This document shows positions 1 to 12,700 of a DNA stretch of 64,000 nt, piece after piece (the first letter of the stretch is position 1; the number at the start of each line of letters is the position of its first letter). Location: the NCBI GenBank assembly GCA_964188305.1, contig OZ076898.1, one strand, 5' to 3'. This DNA is from Podarcis bocagei (Eukaryota). The notes under the pieces are model-generated. The model saw only the letters and a list, made by a program, of their open reading frames with translations. It was not told where the DNA came from and searched no databases. The translations under genes were made by a program, and so were the position numbers.

Positions 1-633
1 CCTGTCAGTGATTCAGATTTAGGGAGCGGTTTTTAAGGTGGCACAACAGAGCTGTTGCTCAATCATCTTTTTTTCTAAACCACTGAGAAACTTGCTGCTG
101 CAGTTCAACATTTGAAGACTTTGTAAAACTTTGGGGGAGTTTGTGAAATGTTCATAATTTGACAGCAAGAAATGGTTTGCAAGGCAAGTCTTTGATCTGT
201 GGACCCTGAATTCAGTTATGGGAGCTGCAGGAGGGAAGATGGGGCCCGACAATTAACGAATGGGACCACAGTGCCAGCGAAGCCATTTCTTGCCTATGAA
301 AAAGGACGCAATGGTTTTGATTCTGCTAAAATGGTGATTCTTTTCTCGGTCTTCATATTTTTGCTTTGTGAAGAACAGTAAGAACTGGAGAAATATCTCT
401 GGATCTATTAACCATAAGTGCCCCAGAGTAGACTGGAAGAAGACTGGAAAAGTAATGGTTAATGGCATGCAGTTTCCATCTCTTTCCTCTGGATTCTTTC
501 TTTTCTGTCATCATCTTCAGTCCTTAGTTCTCATTCTCCATCTGTCATCTGTTCCTCCTTTTGGTGGTCCCTGCTGCAGTTGTTGCGGACTGTGAAAACT
601 GTATCTGTGTTTACTCTTGTCATTTGCTCAAGG

Positions 634-635
<2 letters not shown>

Positions 636-670
<35 letters not shown>
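636..670. repeat. (GT)n microsatellite
   Basis: About 17 perfect GT units. Confidence 0.95.
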
Positions 671-671
<1 letters not shown>

Positions 672-2726
672 TGTTTTGTATATCCATTGCAGAAAGACCT
701 TGAGCTGCACACCCTGGACAACAGCTAAAGTATTTATAGAGTGCCTCTCATATTAAAAAAAAAATACTAAGGTGGTGTAAAAGTAATACGCAAGTACAAT
801 AAAACATAAAATGCCATAAAAAGGATGCTCTTGTAGGAAAGCTTTCTGATTGTGCCTTTCTTCTTCAAGTTGTGGGATGGTTGCTGCTTGTTGGTATAAG
901 AGATGCTGATACAATTCAATCCTCTTTAGGAGGAACTATCACTGGGTCTGAGCTTGGCCCTCCCAAACAACAAACAAAAGCTAAGACATTGTCATCAAGT
1001 TGATGGCAAGGGTGGCACAAGGTTTGAAGCAAGTCTCTACCTCCCTGCCCCTTGCTGACTTCCATTTTCCCTCCTTTGCACGGGGAGGCTCCCTGTAACA
1101 TAATGTGATGACTTGTACAATAGAAATAAACATTTTTGTACATGCAAATGCAGTTCAAGATCTTTTGCTTTAAAAAACCCCCAGCCATTTGTGTTCTCCA
1201 TGTACGTATGTTGGAGGAGCTGTGTTTTATAGAGTATGCTGGCATTTTATTTCCTGCTTTCTTTGTTGCATTCCTTGAACAGTCAGGCAGGGGACTTCAG
1301 CATGGTGGTAGGCACAACGAGGGGAGATTTAGGAGGGAGCAAAGAGGCCTTGAAAGCAAATTATCTTTTGTGAAATGGTATCATGAATTGGAGAGTTGAA
1401 AATGGAAGAATTAAGGCTAGTTCGCATGATACTGCTTTCTGCCAGGATATCATGTGAATCCTGCCTATGCATTTCTTACGTGGGACTTACCTCACACATC
1501 TGTTTTGCTACATGTAGAATGAAATAGATAGGGGAAGATAGCACCCTAGTCTCTCACTCTAGACTCTTAATGGGAAGCCAAGGTGGATAGTACTTCCTCA
1601 AGCTGCCCACAGCTGTGACCATTCAGCTGTCCTCTCCACACCCAGTTCCAGGCGCAGCAAGTTTGTTGAGATTCCCCGGAGGTCCAAAGGATGGGGAACA
1701 GGGGGTCCCTCCACTCATTGCTCTTTCTTTACTCTCTGTCCTCTCCTCCTTGAAGTATTGTAACTGTGGATATTGGATGGGGAACCTGTGGCCCTTCAGA
1801 TGTTGTTGGACTCTCATCAGCTTGGTCAGTGGGCATGGATGATGAGAGTTGTCATCTAATATTATCTGGAGAGGTCACAAGTTCAACATTCCTGCTATAG
1901 ATCGGAGAAGGAATTGGAAGACCAGGGGAGCATATTTCAGCACGCTCCCACCTTATTACCCTGTTGCCGAAAGCTTGTGCTTTCGGGGGATATCTTAGGA
2001 GCCCCTTTGTGTTCTGAATAGCAAATCAGTCTGCCTGTGCTGCTGGACTGTGGTCTGTACTCATGGCCAGCTGCTTGGTCTGATATGTGTGTCTTCGGAT
2101 TCTCATGCTCCTCATTTGCAGGAGCCCCTTGCATGCATGTTGAAAGGTGATGTCTTATTTTAAAGCTACATCTGCTTCTTTTCTCCAAGTGGTTTCTTTA
2201 CCGTATGGGCTGTGTCAAGGTGGAAATGATTTCGACTGTTTTGTCATGTTAATGCTGCCTCTGAGGGTGTAGCATCAACATCCTTCCTGAGCTATAACAT
2301 GAGCGCTTGCGCAAGTTAAGTTTCCATTAAGTCTTAGCCAGCAGGTTACAGGGGGAAATGATTAAGTCGTGAATTCCAGCTAAAAAGATGAAGAGCTAAA
2401 AAGATGTTTTAGAGGAAACAATTCATAAAAGAAATTAAATAATAAACAAATGTGTACAAATGTTCTAAGTCATGCATGCTTTGTTCGAAATAAAGCATGC
2501 TGGGGGGAAAGGGTGTGAAAAGTCCCTTTTGTGGGGTTCACCCAAGGTGCAGAAGTAGCAAGTTATTTGCATTTGGGGGATATAAAATTATCTTGTTCCT
2601 CTTCAGATCTTCCTGCAAGGACAGTCTGGTCAAATAAATCGGGGCTGTGTATGTTCTGTACAAGCACAGAACTTGGTATAAGACAAGATTATGCTGTAAC
2701 TTTAGAACCTGGCTTCTTGATCATAT

Positions 2727-2817
2727 TGAAATAAAAAGAAATAATAAAAGCCCTTATGAAATAATAAAATAATAATAAAAGCCCTTATGAAATAAAAGAA
2801 ATAATAAAAACCCATTA
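2727..2817. repeat. Minisatellite, 3 copies of about 30 bp
   Basis: TGAAATAA(A/T)AA..AATAATAAAAGCCCTTA repeated three times with small indels. Confidence 0.85.
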
Positions 2818-3613
2818 TGGCTGAGTATTCTTGGAAGTGTGTGGGCGAACCCTGCTGAAATCTCGGAAGACAGTGAGGATTGCTAATGAGATTTCTATTA
2901 TTTGTCGCTGGGTCCTCCATGTTCTTTGCCACGTACAGATAGCAAAAGCAGAATAAATTGGACAGAGCAATCACATTTCATAATAAATCATTCATAATAG
3001 AATATTATGATGATTTGCCTAAGTTCTGATTCAGCTTGCAGAATTCTGGTTCAATTTTTTAGGCCCTGGTGTTGGGTATAAGCACCCTAAAATCCACATA
3101 TTTCTTAAAGCAATCTTAAATCTGTTTTAGTACTTTAAACGTTTGTATGTTTTAAAGTAGGGTTGTAAATTTTCCTTGACTTTACTGTTTCATCTTTCGT
3201 AAACCACTTTGAGGTTTCTTTTTCCAATCAAGCAGTATATACATTTTATTAAATAAGTAAGTAAGTAAGTAAGTGAATAAATAAATAAATCAAAGGTTTA
3301 TGCCCCTCTGGCCATGAAACTAGGCAGGAAAAATACATAGGAAATGCCTGCTGAAATCACAGAAAATTGAACAGGGGCTGGGAGGCTTTCCAGGACTGAG
3401 CTTCAGTGCCCTACGTAACTCTTGCTATTCCCCGTTAGTAACAGAAGCAGAATAAATTACAATACAAGTAGGTAGGCACTTTAGTTTGCTTAATCATAAC
3501 CCACTGACACTTAACTTTGTTTAGTGTAGAACATGGTTTACTTTATAGCAGAATTTTGATATTTTGTTATCTTCTCTCTAAGGTTCATAGTATACATAGC
3601 CCTGTGTATATAG

Positions 3614-3739
3614 CAGTGTTTCCCAAACTTGAGTCTCCAGTTGGACTATAATTCCCATCATCCACAACCGCTGGTTGATAGGTAGGGTGATGGGAATTGT
3701 AGTCCAACAAGAGCTGGAGACCCAAGTTTGAGGAAGCTG
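3614..3739. mobile_element. Short palindromic hAT (Charlie-like) MITE
   Basis: CAGTGTTTCCCAAACTTG...CAAGTTTGAGGAAGCTG termini, inner ACTATAATTCCCATCA/TGATGGGAATTGTAGT inverted repeat, 8-bp TSD gtatatag/gtatatat. Related degraded copies at about 36515-36652, 48784-48914, 49178-49292, 50834-50952 and 51609-51673. Confidence 0.8.
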
Positions 3740-4222
3740 GTATATATCATCCAGTTCTTGGCCAGACAACCTCTTGCCTTTCTTCCAACTTCTATGTACA
3801 TGTTTGCTTCTCTCTATTGAGCCTGGAGCATCTTTGCTGAGGCTGATAGCTTGTACTAGAGTACAGAGCAGCTGCATAGTTCATGGTGGCATTTAAAGGG
3901 GGGGATGACTCCTTTTTCAAAAGTCTGCAGAGGCTTGAATGAGGGGTTGCCCATTTCCCACCATATTTCTTCAGAGCTTAACTTGCAGGTTTTATGTCCA
4001 GCTTGGAAGTTCTGTGTTTCGCAAGCATCATGTCGCTCTCCCTCTGTTGGCTTTGTGGAGATGCCTTGCTCACCTTTTCTTCACATCCTCCTAGAGCCTT
4101 CTCTTCTTTCATTTTTTCCTCCTTTGGTATTTCTTTGCTTCTCTCCATCCATCTCCTGGTTCCTCATCCCCCTGCATGCCACTAACTAGTTTCATTAGAT
4201 GTTAATTGATTTGTGAATTCAG

Positions 4223-4326
4223 GCTGAATTGCATCATCAGCAGATGGCGGATCCCGACCTGTTGGAGGAGTCTTCGTCTCTGCTGGAGCCGAGTGAACTG
4301 GGAAGAGGAACCCCGCTACGGTTAGG
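4223..4326 (+). CDS. ATP6V0A1: ATP6V0A1 exon 6 (human-style numbering), with alternative acceptors at 4223 (adds AELHHQQ) and 4244
   Basis: ttcAG|GCTGAATTGCATCATCAGCAG|ATGGCGGATCCC...CGGTTAGG|gtacgt. Encodes (AELHHQQ)[28 protein letters not shown]. Confidence 0.95.
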
Positions 4327-6703
4327 GTACGTGCAACTTTCACTTTTCAGCAGCATCGGTTGTGTTCTGTAGGATCTCTTCTGCGCATCAGGCATGATTG
4401 GTTAAGGCCGTAGGACTTGGGTTTGCATTCTTCCATACTATTCTTGATTCCTTGGAGGAGAGCAAGCTATTTCTTGGTGTTAATATTATTTAGCTGAATC
4501 TGAATTAAGTTGCTCAGTACTAGATCTGATTGAACAGGATGCATCTCGTGCCAGATTGTTGACAGAAAAAGCAGTTAACTGACAGCAGTTCCACTTTTGT
4601 GTTTTTGGAAATGTAAAGAACTGAATAAATATTGGCCCAGGCTGTGCAGATAATATAGAATTTCTGTAGCTTATCAGTTTTCACTCTTCACTCCTTGTAG
4701 TGCTGCTTTGATATTTGGATAGCCTTGACAGCAGCTATGGATGCCTTTTATGTGCACCAACAATTGATAAACAGAGTTCTTGATTTACACAATAGTGGAT
4801 TTTGTTCAGATTCTGAAAGGTTGACATGGAAATAATGATTTTCAGTTAAAGATCTACTAAATTTGTCCTTCTATTAGCATGCAAAATTCAGGCAAAATGA
4901 CAATCCTGTTTGTTTCTGTCTGCATGAATTTTGTTCAGCTTCCATTCTCATGTTTGATTTCATGTAGTATTGTACTTGATATTCACTTGTTTTATTTTCT
5001 GTGGTGCATCTTAGTTTTTTTATATAATTGCTGAAGAATGAATCGTTGTTAAATGGACCATTTTAACAAATAGTGTCCTGCAGCAGACTTCCAGCTCTTT
5101 GAGAATGTAGCTTCTTTAGGTCTTATTTCTATAACATTTGCTAATTTTTGCCTCAGCTCAGATGTTAATGTCAATCACGCTTTGAACTAACTATCTAGAA
5201 CCCATAATGGTTTGAGGTTCCGAACATACAGCAGGTATACTATGTGGTGTGTAGAGTGCTTGGCTGCTTTTGTTTTTCCTTTGTCTCAACACTCAGTGCC
5301 ATAAGATTATGCCTCTCTCCTTGGTGTAGCAGTCTTTGGGAGTAGACTGTAACCTATAGCTGGTCAATTCAGACATCTCATCGCAAATCATGATTCACAA
5401 ATCCACCTCAAAGCACGGTTCCCCATCCTGCTTTGCTGGTCAATTATGAAACAAGGGTTGCCAGTTTATATGTCATGCCAAACCACAGTTCTGCTTCCTT
5501 AGCCACAGTGTGTCAAGCCTTTCTATAGGCACAGCACAAAAGAGCAAAAGTGGCTTCATAATAATAATAATAATAATAATGCTCCCAACATAATATAAAA
5601 AATAGAATCAAACATTAAAAACTTCCCTAAACAGGGCTGCCTTCAGATGTTTTCTAAAAGTCAGGTAGTTCTTAATGCTGGAAGAAACAGAGTTTGAATC
5701 CTACCTTCTTTTTTTTACTAAAATTGCATAGACAGTGGCTTGTTTCCCTTTCATATTCACCAAACCGTTGATGTTGGGTCCCTCTCTTGCTTTCTGTTGC
5801 CTTTACTGTATCTGTCTGTGTGTCTTCCAGGCCCTGCACTGAACAGAACATTGCTGAATGCATACTAATTTCTTTTACTTTTGTGTGACTTCCATTGTGT
5901 TCAGATTTGTGGCTGGTGTGATCAATCGTGAGCGGATCCCTACCTTTGAGCGGATGCTGTGGAGGGTGTGTCGTGGAAATGTCTTCTTGCGTCAGGCTGA
6001 AATTGAAAATCCGCTGGAGGACCCTGTGACGGTATAAGGACTGCTTTTGCAGCCGCAGGCTGCTGTGGGCTGTCAAGATGAAAGCTTGCAGCCTAACGTC
6101 TTACAGTGTGTTCTTCTTAACAAAAGCTTGACTTCTGTTGTGGATCATGGAGAAGTCATATTTTAATTGGATCTGAAATATAACTGCCTGCTTTCTTTGA
6201 AGCCATTGATAATGCCCTCATTATGTGGAGGTGTAGGATTGTGAAATTTTAAAAGTGGTCTTTTTTTTTGACAGCTTAACAATTCACTTATAGAAGTTAC
6301 CTTTTATCTCAGTACCCTCAAATACATCCTCAAAAGAGTTTTATGTCAGTATCCTTAAAAAGATATTCTCAGTTGAAGTTTTGACTATGTATGGTTTTAG
6401 TCCACTAAAGAAGAACATTAAGCTAGATGAATGAGCTCAAAAACCAAATGCTCTCTAAGTATTGGATAGACTTGATTTAAGTACATGTTTGCATATTCTA
6501 ATGTCGGTGTGCTATAATAATTAAATTTGTCACATGTTTTAAAATGTAAACAAAACGGATCCTGAAACACACTGTTAAATGACACACATGGATCTGCTTT
6601 TGTTAACTTAAACAACTAATGGTATCAACAGGGTTAGTAGTGAGGACAAATAATGGTACCCAGCCAGATGGGCGGGTAATTAATAAATAAATAAATAAAT
6701 AAA

Positions 6704-6769
<66 letters not shown>

Positions 6770-9700
6770 CAAGGTAGTAAGTAGTATGGAGCTTTAATAA
6801 TGCCAGCTACTCTAGAATTTGGGCCCAGGGGTTACCCTAAGTCTTGGGAAATGCTTCCAGGCAGGCTTGAATCTTGGGTGTCTTGTTTGAGAAACCAAAC
6901 ACCAGTTACAATGAAGGTGAAATTAGGATTTGTGAAAAGTTCAGATGGGTGCGTGAGGGGCAGAAAGGAGGTCTCTCTTCCCCCCCCCCCCACAACACAG
7001 TTTGAAGCCCCTAGTCAATGTTTATTTTGTTCCTACCACCTGTCTACTAATGTCCAAGATAAGCAAATCTTTTCATTTTCCGTTCATTTGCATGTCTGTA
7101 TATGCTGCAGAAACCAGCTGTTTGTGGGGTGGGATATATATTTTTAAAGCACAGTCCCAGTTTAGGATTCAGAATGTCTTTGTCTTAGAGAAGGCAGTCG
7201 GAATCATAGCAATCAGCTGCCTTCATCCTTAGCAGAGGAAAGTGTAACGGACAACAAGGTTGCACCCACCCAATGCCCCTATTCTCATCAAGGCTGCACA
7301 AAAGTTTCCTAATGGAGGTAGCCCGGTGTCTTGTTCTTGAACAAATGCAGGAAGGGGGGGAAGTCGCTATCTGAGCCCAGCCAGCTGCCTGAAGAATGCA
7401 CTCCTGGCCTCCCCGGAGAGTTCAAGGGTTTGGACTCTAAAGTCCACTGCATACATCAGTTCCTTTCCATTCACTCCTTTTCCTTCTGCTTGTTTACTGC
7501 AGATCACATCCTTGTTCAGCTGCTAGGCTTATCTGCCTGGGTTCTCTGGTTACATTGCAATTCCTCTTTATACCAGCCAAACTTAATTAGATAGGGTTAT
7601 TAATCTTTGCTTCTCCTCCTCCCCTGCCCCCCTCAATTATTCTGCAAAAGCACAATGAGTTTACTTGGTAGCCTCTCCCAGGAACACGTATGAGAGCCTT
7701 GCAGGGTCTGAGGTGGAACTGGATACATTTTGAAAGGCTCCCTAATGCTACAGATGTTGGCAGGCTGCTTGGGTGTGTGTGTGTGTAGTTGAGACCCAGG
7801 AAATGGCTCCATATTAGTGTTAAAGGTTTTGAAGGCCTAACCCCAGAAGCTTATTCCGCTGTTTTTTGAAGGCTTCTCTCTGCATTGGTTTTCCCCCTTC
7901 TCTTCTAGGGGGACTATGTGCACAAGTCGGTGTTCATTATTTTCTTCCAAGGTGACCAGCTGAAAAACCGAGTCAAGAAGATCTGTGAAGGGTAAGCAAG
8001 TTGGAAATACGGGAGGTTCTTGGAGTTCAAGCAGCTCATTCCAAATTCATGTAGAGCTGGCTTTCAAGTGGTGAGCTCTCCATCATGTTAGCTGTGTTGT
8101 CACTTTGTCACTGAGCAGACTGTGTGCCTTTCAGATTCCGGGCGTCTCTTTACCCCTGTCCAGAAACTCCACAGGAAAGGAAGGAAATGGCTGCTGGAGT
8201 CAACACCAGGATCGATGACCTTCAGATGGTATGAATTATGTGGGGGTGGGAAACGATCAGGTTTTTCCCCATGATGCTCCTCCTGAGCTCTGAATTGTTC
8301 TCTTTTGTGGTTTGCTACCCTCAGGGAAGTTTATCTTCAATTGTATACTCTAATAGGGGTGTGTGGTGTTCATTGATCTAAGCGGACAGATAATTTGGCT
8401 GTGAAAGCTAACTGCCAGGTGTCCCTAGAATCAGGTGTGGCTTTAAGCACCCTCCTGTTGCGCCTGTTTTCCAGTGCCTTTTAGGCTGCGGCTGCTGTCA
8501 ATGTACATTTCTTTACTGGACAAGAGGGGCAAACTGTCCCTCCTTCTGTCGGCAAGCTTCTGTGCTGCACTTGTGAAGTTCACATGCTCAAGTAGCATCG
8601 CAGGAATTATATGTGAGCGTTGGGCATCAAGCAAATCAAAGAACACACACCATTCCTTCTTCCCAGTAACGGTCCAGTTAAGCAACCATTCCCTACTTTT
8701 GACATGTTGGCTCTGGTCCAAACCCCCCCCCTAAGGCTATAACTATTTCCTTAATGAAGTGTTTTAGGCCATGTCTCAGGGTAGACACCCTCACAAGGCT
8801 GCTTACAATAGTAAACAATAATAAAAATAGGTAAAATAAAAACATCTATTTAAGGAGCTCCAGGTATACATGATTCAAAATAATTTCAATTTCAGCACTG
8901 TAATACCACCAACAGAAAAAAAGCAAGGTGATATAGATGGTTTTTAAAAATCCTGCATAAAAACGTTAATACCGATCTTAGTGAGTAAAGAATGCATAAA
9001 GGTGGGGTCACTGAAAATGCTATTGTGTGCCTGCCCAACCTACTTGATCTCAATACACAGGCAAGATCATATGGATGAAGAAGGTCCTTTAGGTAACTTG
9101 GTCCCAATACTTTTCCAGTGTCCTTGTGACACCTGACTAAGCTTCCCTGAATGAGACATCCTTTACTAAGTCATTTCAATCTGCTTCCCTGGCTGGGTAT
9201 GCAACTTTGGTAGCCTTTGTAGACTATCTCCTCCTGGGAATTGGCAGGGCGAATTTCTACTTGCTGATTCTCTTAGACCTTGGAGGTTTTTGGCACTGTA
9301 AGTCACCACATCTCGTTACTTGATTTGGAGCTTCTAGAGGGCGTTCACTGCCAGCCTTGAGTTGCTTTTGGTTTCTCTAGATGATTTCAGAAAGTAACCT
9401 TCGAAGACTGCCAAGCCATCTGCTTACTGACTATTTTGCATTCAGGGGCTGCCTTTGTCTCTAGCCATTAACTTTGCTGGCTAGCTTCTTGGCCCAATTC
9501 AAGGAGCTAACTTAAACTGAGATATCCTAGTCTTGCAGAGCCCCTCTTCTGCCTCAACATATTTTTCTTTAGCAAAGGCCCTACTGAAGATCCTTTCCAT
9601 GAAATTAAAAAAAAAAATGTAGAATTTGACGCAGTACTTTGGGCTCAGCCATTGCCCTGAGGCAATGGGCTGCACTTCTTGTGGAGATAACAAATGCAGC

Positions 9701-12700
9701 TCTGTTTAGCCCCCTGTAAAGCACTATTTGTGGTCATTTGTTGGTTTTGGGGTACTGTCAGAAGCTGGCCATGCTATAGCTTCCAGAGTGGTTATATTGT
9801 TTTAGTCTTTTTAATAGACCTATTCTGTGTATATGGTCATTTTTCAGATGTAAAGTTTTGAAGCAATCTGGTCTTTTTCACAAGAAATCTGCCAAAGTTG
9901 AGAAACTCCCCACGCAGTCTCTCCACCCCCCCATGCTGCATTTTTCCTACCAAATGCCAGCAGAGGTGGGGCAGGGGTGAACATTCTCTTACTGGGAATG
10001 CAAGCAATTTGTTCTTTTGGCGTACTCGGCAGGGATGCTGTGGGATATGTAGCATATATAACTGCAACAACACGGTTGGAACTGCAGAGCTCGTGAGCAG
10101 GGGTGGTCCTGTCCACCCCCGTTTTTCAGTCTTCCTCACCACTGCGTAGTTATCATTCCCTCCCTCTGCCTTCAGCTAAACATCTTGTTGTTCTTGGGCT
10201 GGAAGGGATTTGTGGGATTGTACCATGGAGGCATGGACATGGTTGTCTGCTGCACAACAAAAAAAACATCTGGGGGAGGTGCGGGGGAGGGAAGATATAA
10301 AGTTTGTAGCCTGAATGGCTGCAAAAATAGGATCTGAAAATATGTGAAGTCTCAAGCTAGAGTGGGCTAAGTAAAATTTTCATAGATGATAGGGTAGAGA
10401 ATGATGAACGCCCCATTTGAGTCTCATCTTTCCTTGGTTAATGCAAAGCAGAACAAACATTGCACGTTAAGACTATGGGTAATTGCATTTATTTTAATTG
10501 GAGCACGTAATTCCTTGTTTTCTGGATGCAAAATCTGTACTATACACAACCACAGTCTTTGTTCCAGGCTTCTTGTATCTTCTGTTACAGCAGAACTCTC
10601 AGAATTAGACAGTGTTGGAATGCAGTTCAGCATCTCTTGAGCCTGGCCTTATGTGACATGATCCCTCTTCCCCTTCAGGTGCTGAACCAAACCGAGGATC
10701 ACCGACAGAGGGTCCTGCAGGCTGCTGCCAAGAACGTCCGTGTCTGGTTCATAAAGGTGCGCAAGATGAAGGCCATCTACCACACCCTGAACCTCTGCAA
10801 CATTGATGTGACCCAGAAATGTCTCATTGCCGAAGTCTGGTGTCCTGTTGCTGACCTTGACTCCATCCAGTTTGCCCTCAGGCGGGGCACAGTAAGTACA
10901 ATTCATACCACTCTGGCTCTACTGCTATGCCCTGAAAACACTGCTGGAGCACACTTCCAGTGAAAGCATCTTTATAGGCAAAACATGGGGGGAATCCCAT
11001 TGGTCTTGGAAGCAAAATCTGCTGCTTTCCCCAAAAGACTCTTGGTTTTTGGATACAGGTGTCCTGAGTCTAAACAGGACTGCAGAATAGCCGTGGCTAG
11101 TTTTGTGTGTGGACACAAAGTACTGCTCTGGCCTTGACAAACGTGCTTCTTCTCCAACCCTGATATTTGTGTGGATATTTCAGTGGCAATTTATTTCTTC
11201 CCCTTTTTGTCTCCACCCTCTAAATGGGAGAAGAGCACAGTGCACTCATTTGAAATCTGCCTGACTTTGAAAACAAACACGGCCTTTGGCCCAGATTCCT
11301 CACTTCTTTCCGAAGGGAAGAGACTCGCCTAGAATTTTTAGCCTATAACAAAGATACACCCACAGCTTGGATCCCCTTTCTGACTCTGTAGCGTTAGGAC
11401 AACTGAATTCTTCTAGTTCTGGACTCGTTTGGATGGTGACGAGTAGATCTTTTCCACTGGGTTTTAAAAGCTCGTCTGACGTGCTGTTTGTTTTCACATA
11501 ATGCACAGGACATTTTAATACATGCACACCTTCCTGCCTTAAGGCCCTTGACTGGGAGAGGGACTGGAATACATTAATTGATTTGCTGTTAGAGGCTCAG
11601 GAGCTAATCCAGTGCGATCTATCTTGCCTTTGGAAACATGCCTGATCATGTAATTTGCATCCGTCGGAAACAAAACGCAGCTGTTCAGGGAGCCTGCAGA
11701 GTAGTAACCTACAAGAGCTTTCTAAATGATAACGAAAAGTGTGTGGTGATAAGTGGATCTTGGTTTCTGCTCCACAACAAGCTAATCTCTCTAACCTCCA
11801 GTGTGTTTGTGTGTAACAGGAGCACAGCGGATCCACTGTCCCTTCCATCCTGAATAGGATGCAGACCAACCAGACGCCACCCACATACAACAAGACAAAC
11901 AAGTTCACCTCTGGGTTTCAGAACATCGTAGATGCCTATGGCATTGGAACCTATCGTGAGATCAATCCAGGTAATGGCGTCTGGCCTGCCAAAAGCAGCC
12001 TTTCCTTCTAGCACCTGATAAATTGTTGAAGAAGCTTGATCGGTCTGTTCTCTCTGGCTTGTGCATCTGCATAACCCTATGTGGAGAGGAACTGATATTG
12101 CTTGGGGTGGGGGAGGGTTGACTCTTAGCAAATACGACTGCAGCATAGATCTCTTCACCACCACCACCACCACCCTCAGAAACTAAACAGATTTATGAAC
12201 ATAGTGAACCAAATCCATATAGAACTAAGGAAGCCAAGGAGGCATGTGTTTGGATGGGAGGCCGCCAGGAACCCCATGTAAACTGCTTCTCAGCTTCCTT
12301 CAGAGGGATAATGGGAAGTATAATGAATAATAAAAAAGACACAAAACTTTATGGCTTTTAAGGTATGCTTGCCAATCTTCTTGAGGCACGTGTAGAAGGT
12401 GATTAATAAATTAATAAATAAAATAGAAAGGGAGGTATCAGCAGGCTCATGGGAAAGTCGAGATTTGTAAAAGTAGGAAAAATATTTAGGGGATCCCCCT
12501 ACCCCACAAAAAACATCCCACAGTTAATTAAGGGCTGAGCATGCACAATAGGTACATAATGCTGGCTGGCAGGGTAGAACTGAGAATTGGAAAAGGATGT
12601 GGATGGCTGGAACCCTGAACAGGAACACTTCACACTGCAGTATTTTGTTGTAGCTCTCACTTGCCATGTCTAACATTTATTGTTAAACGACATCTCCATG

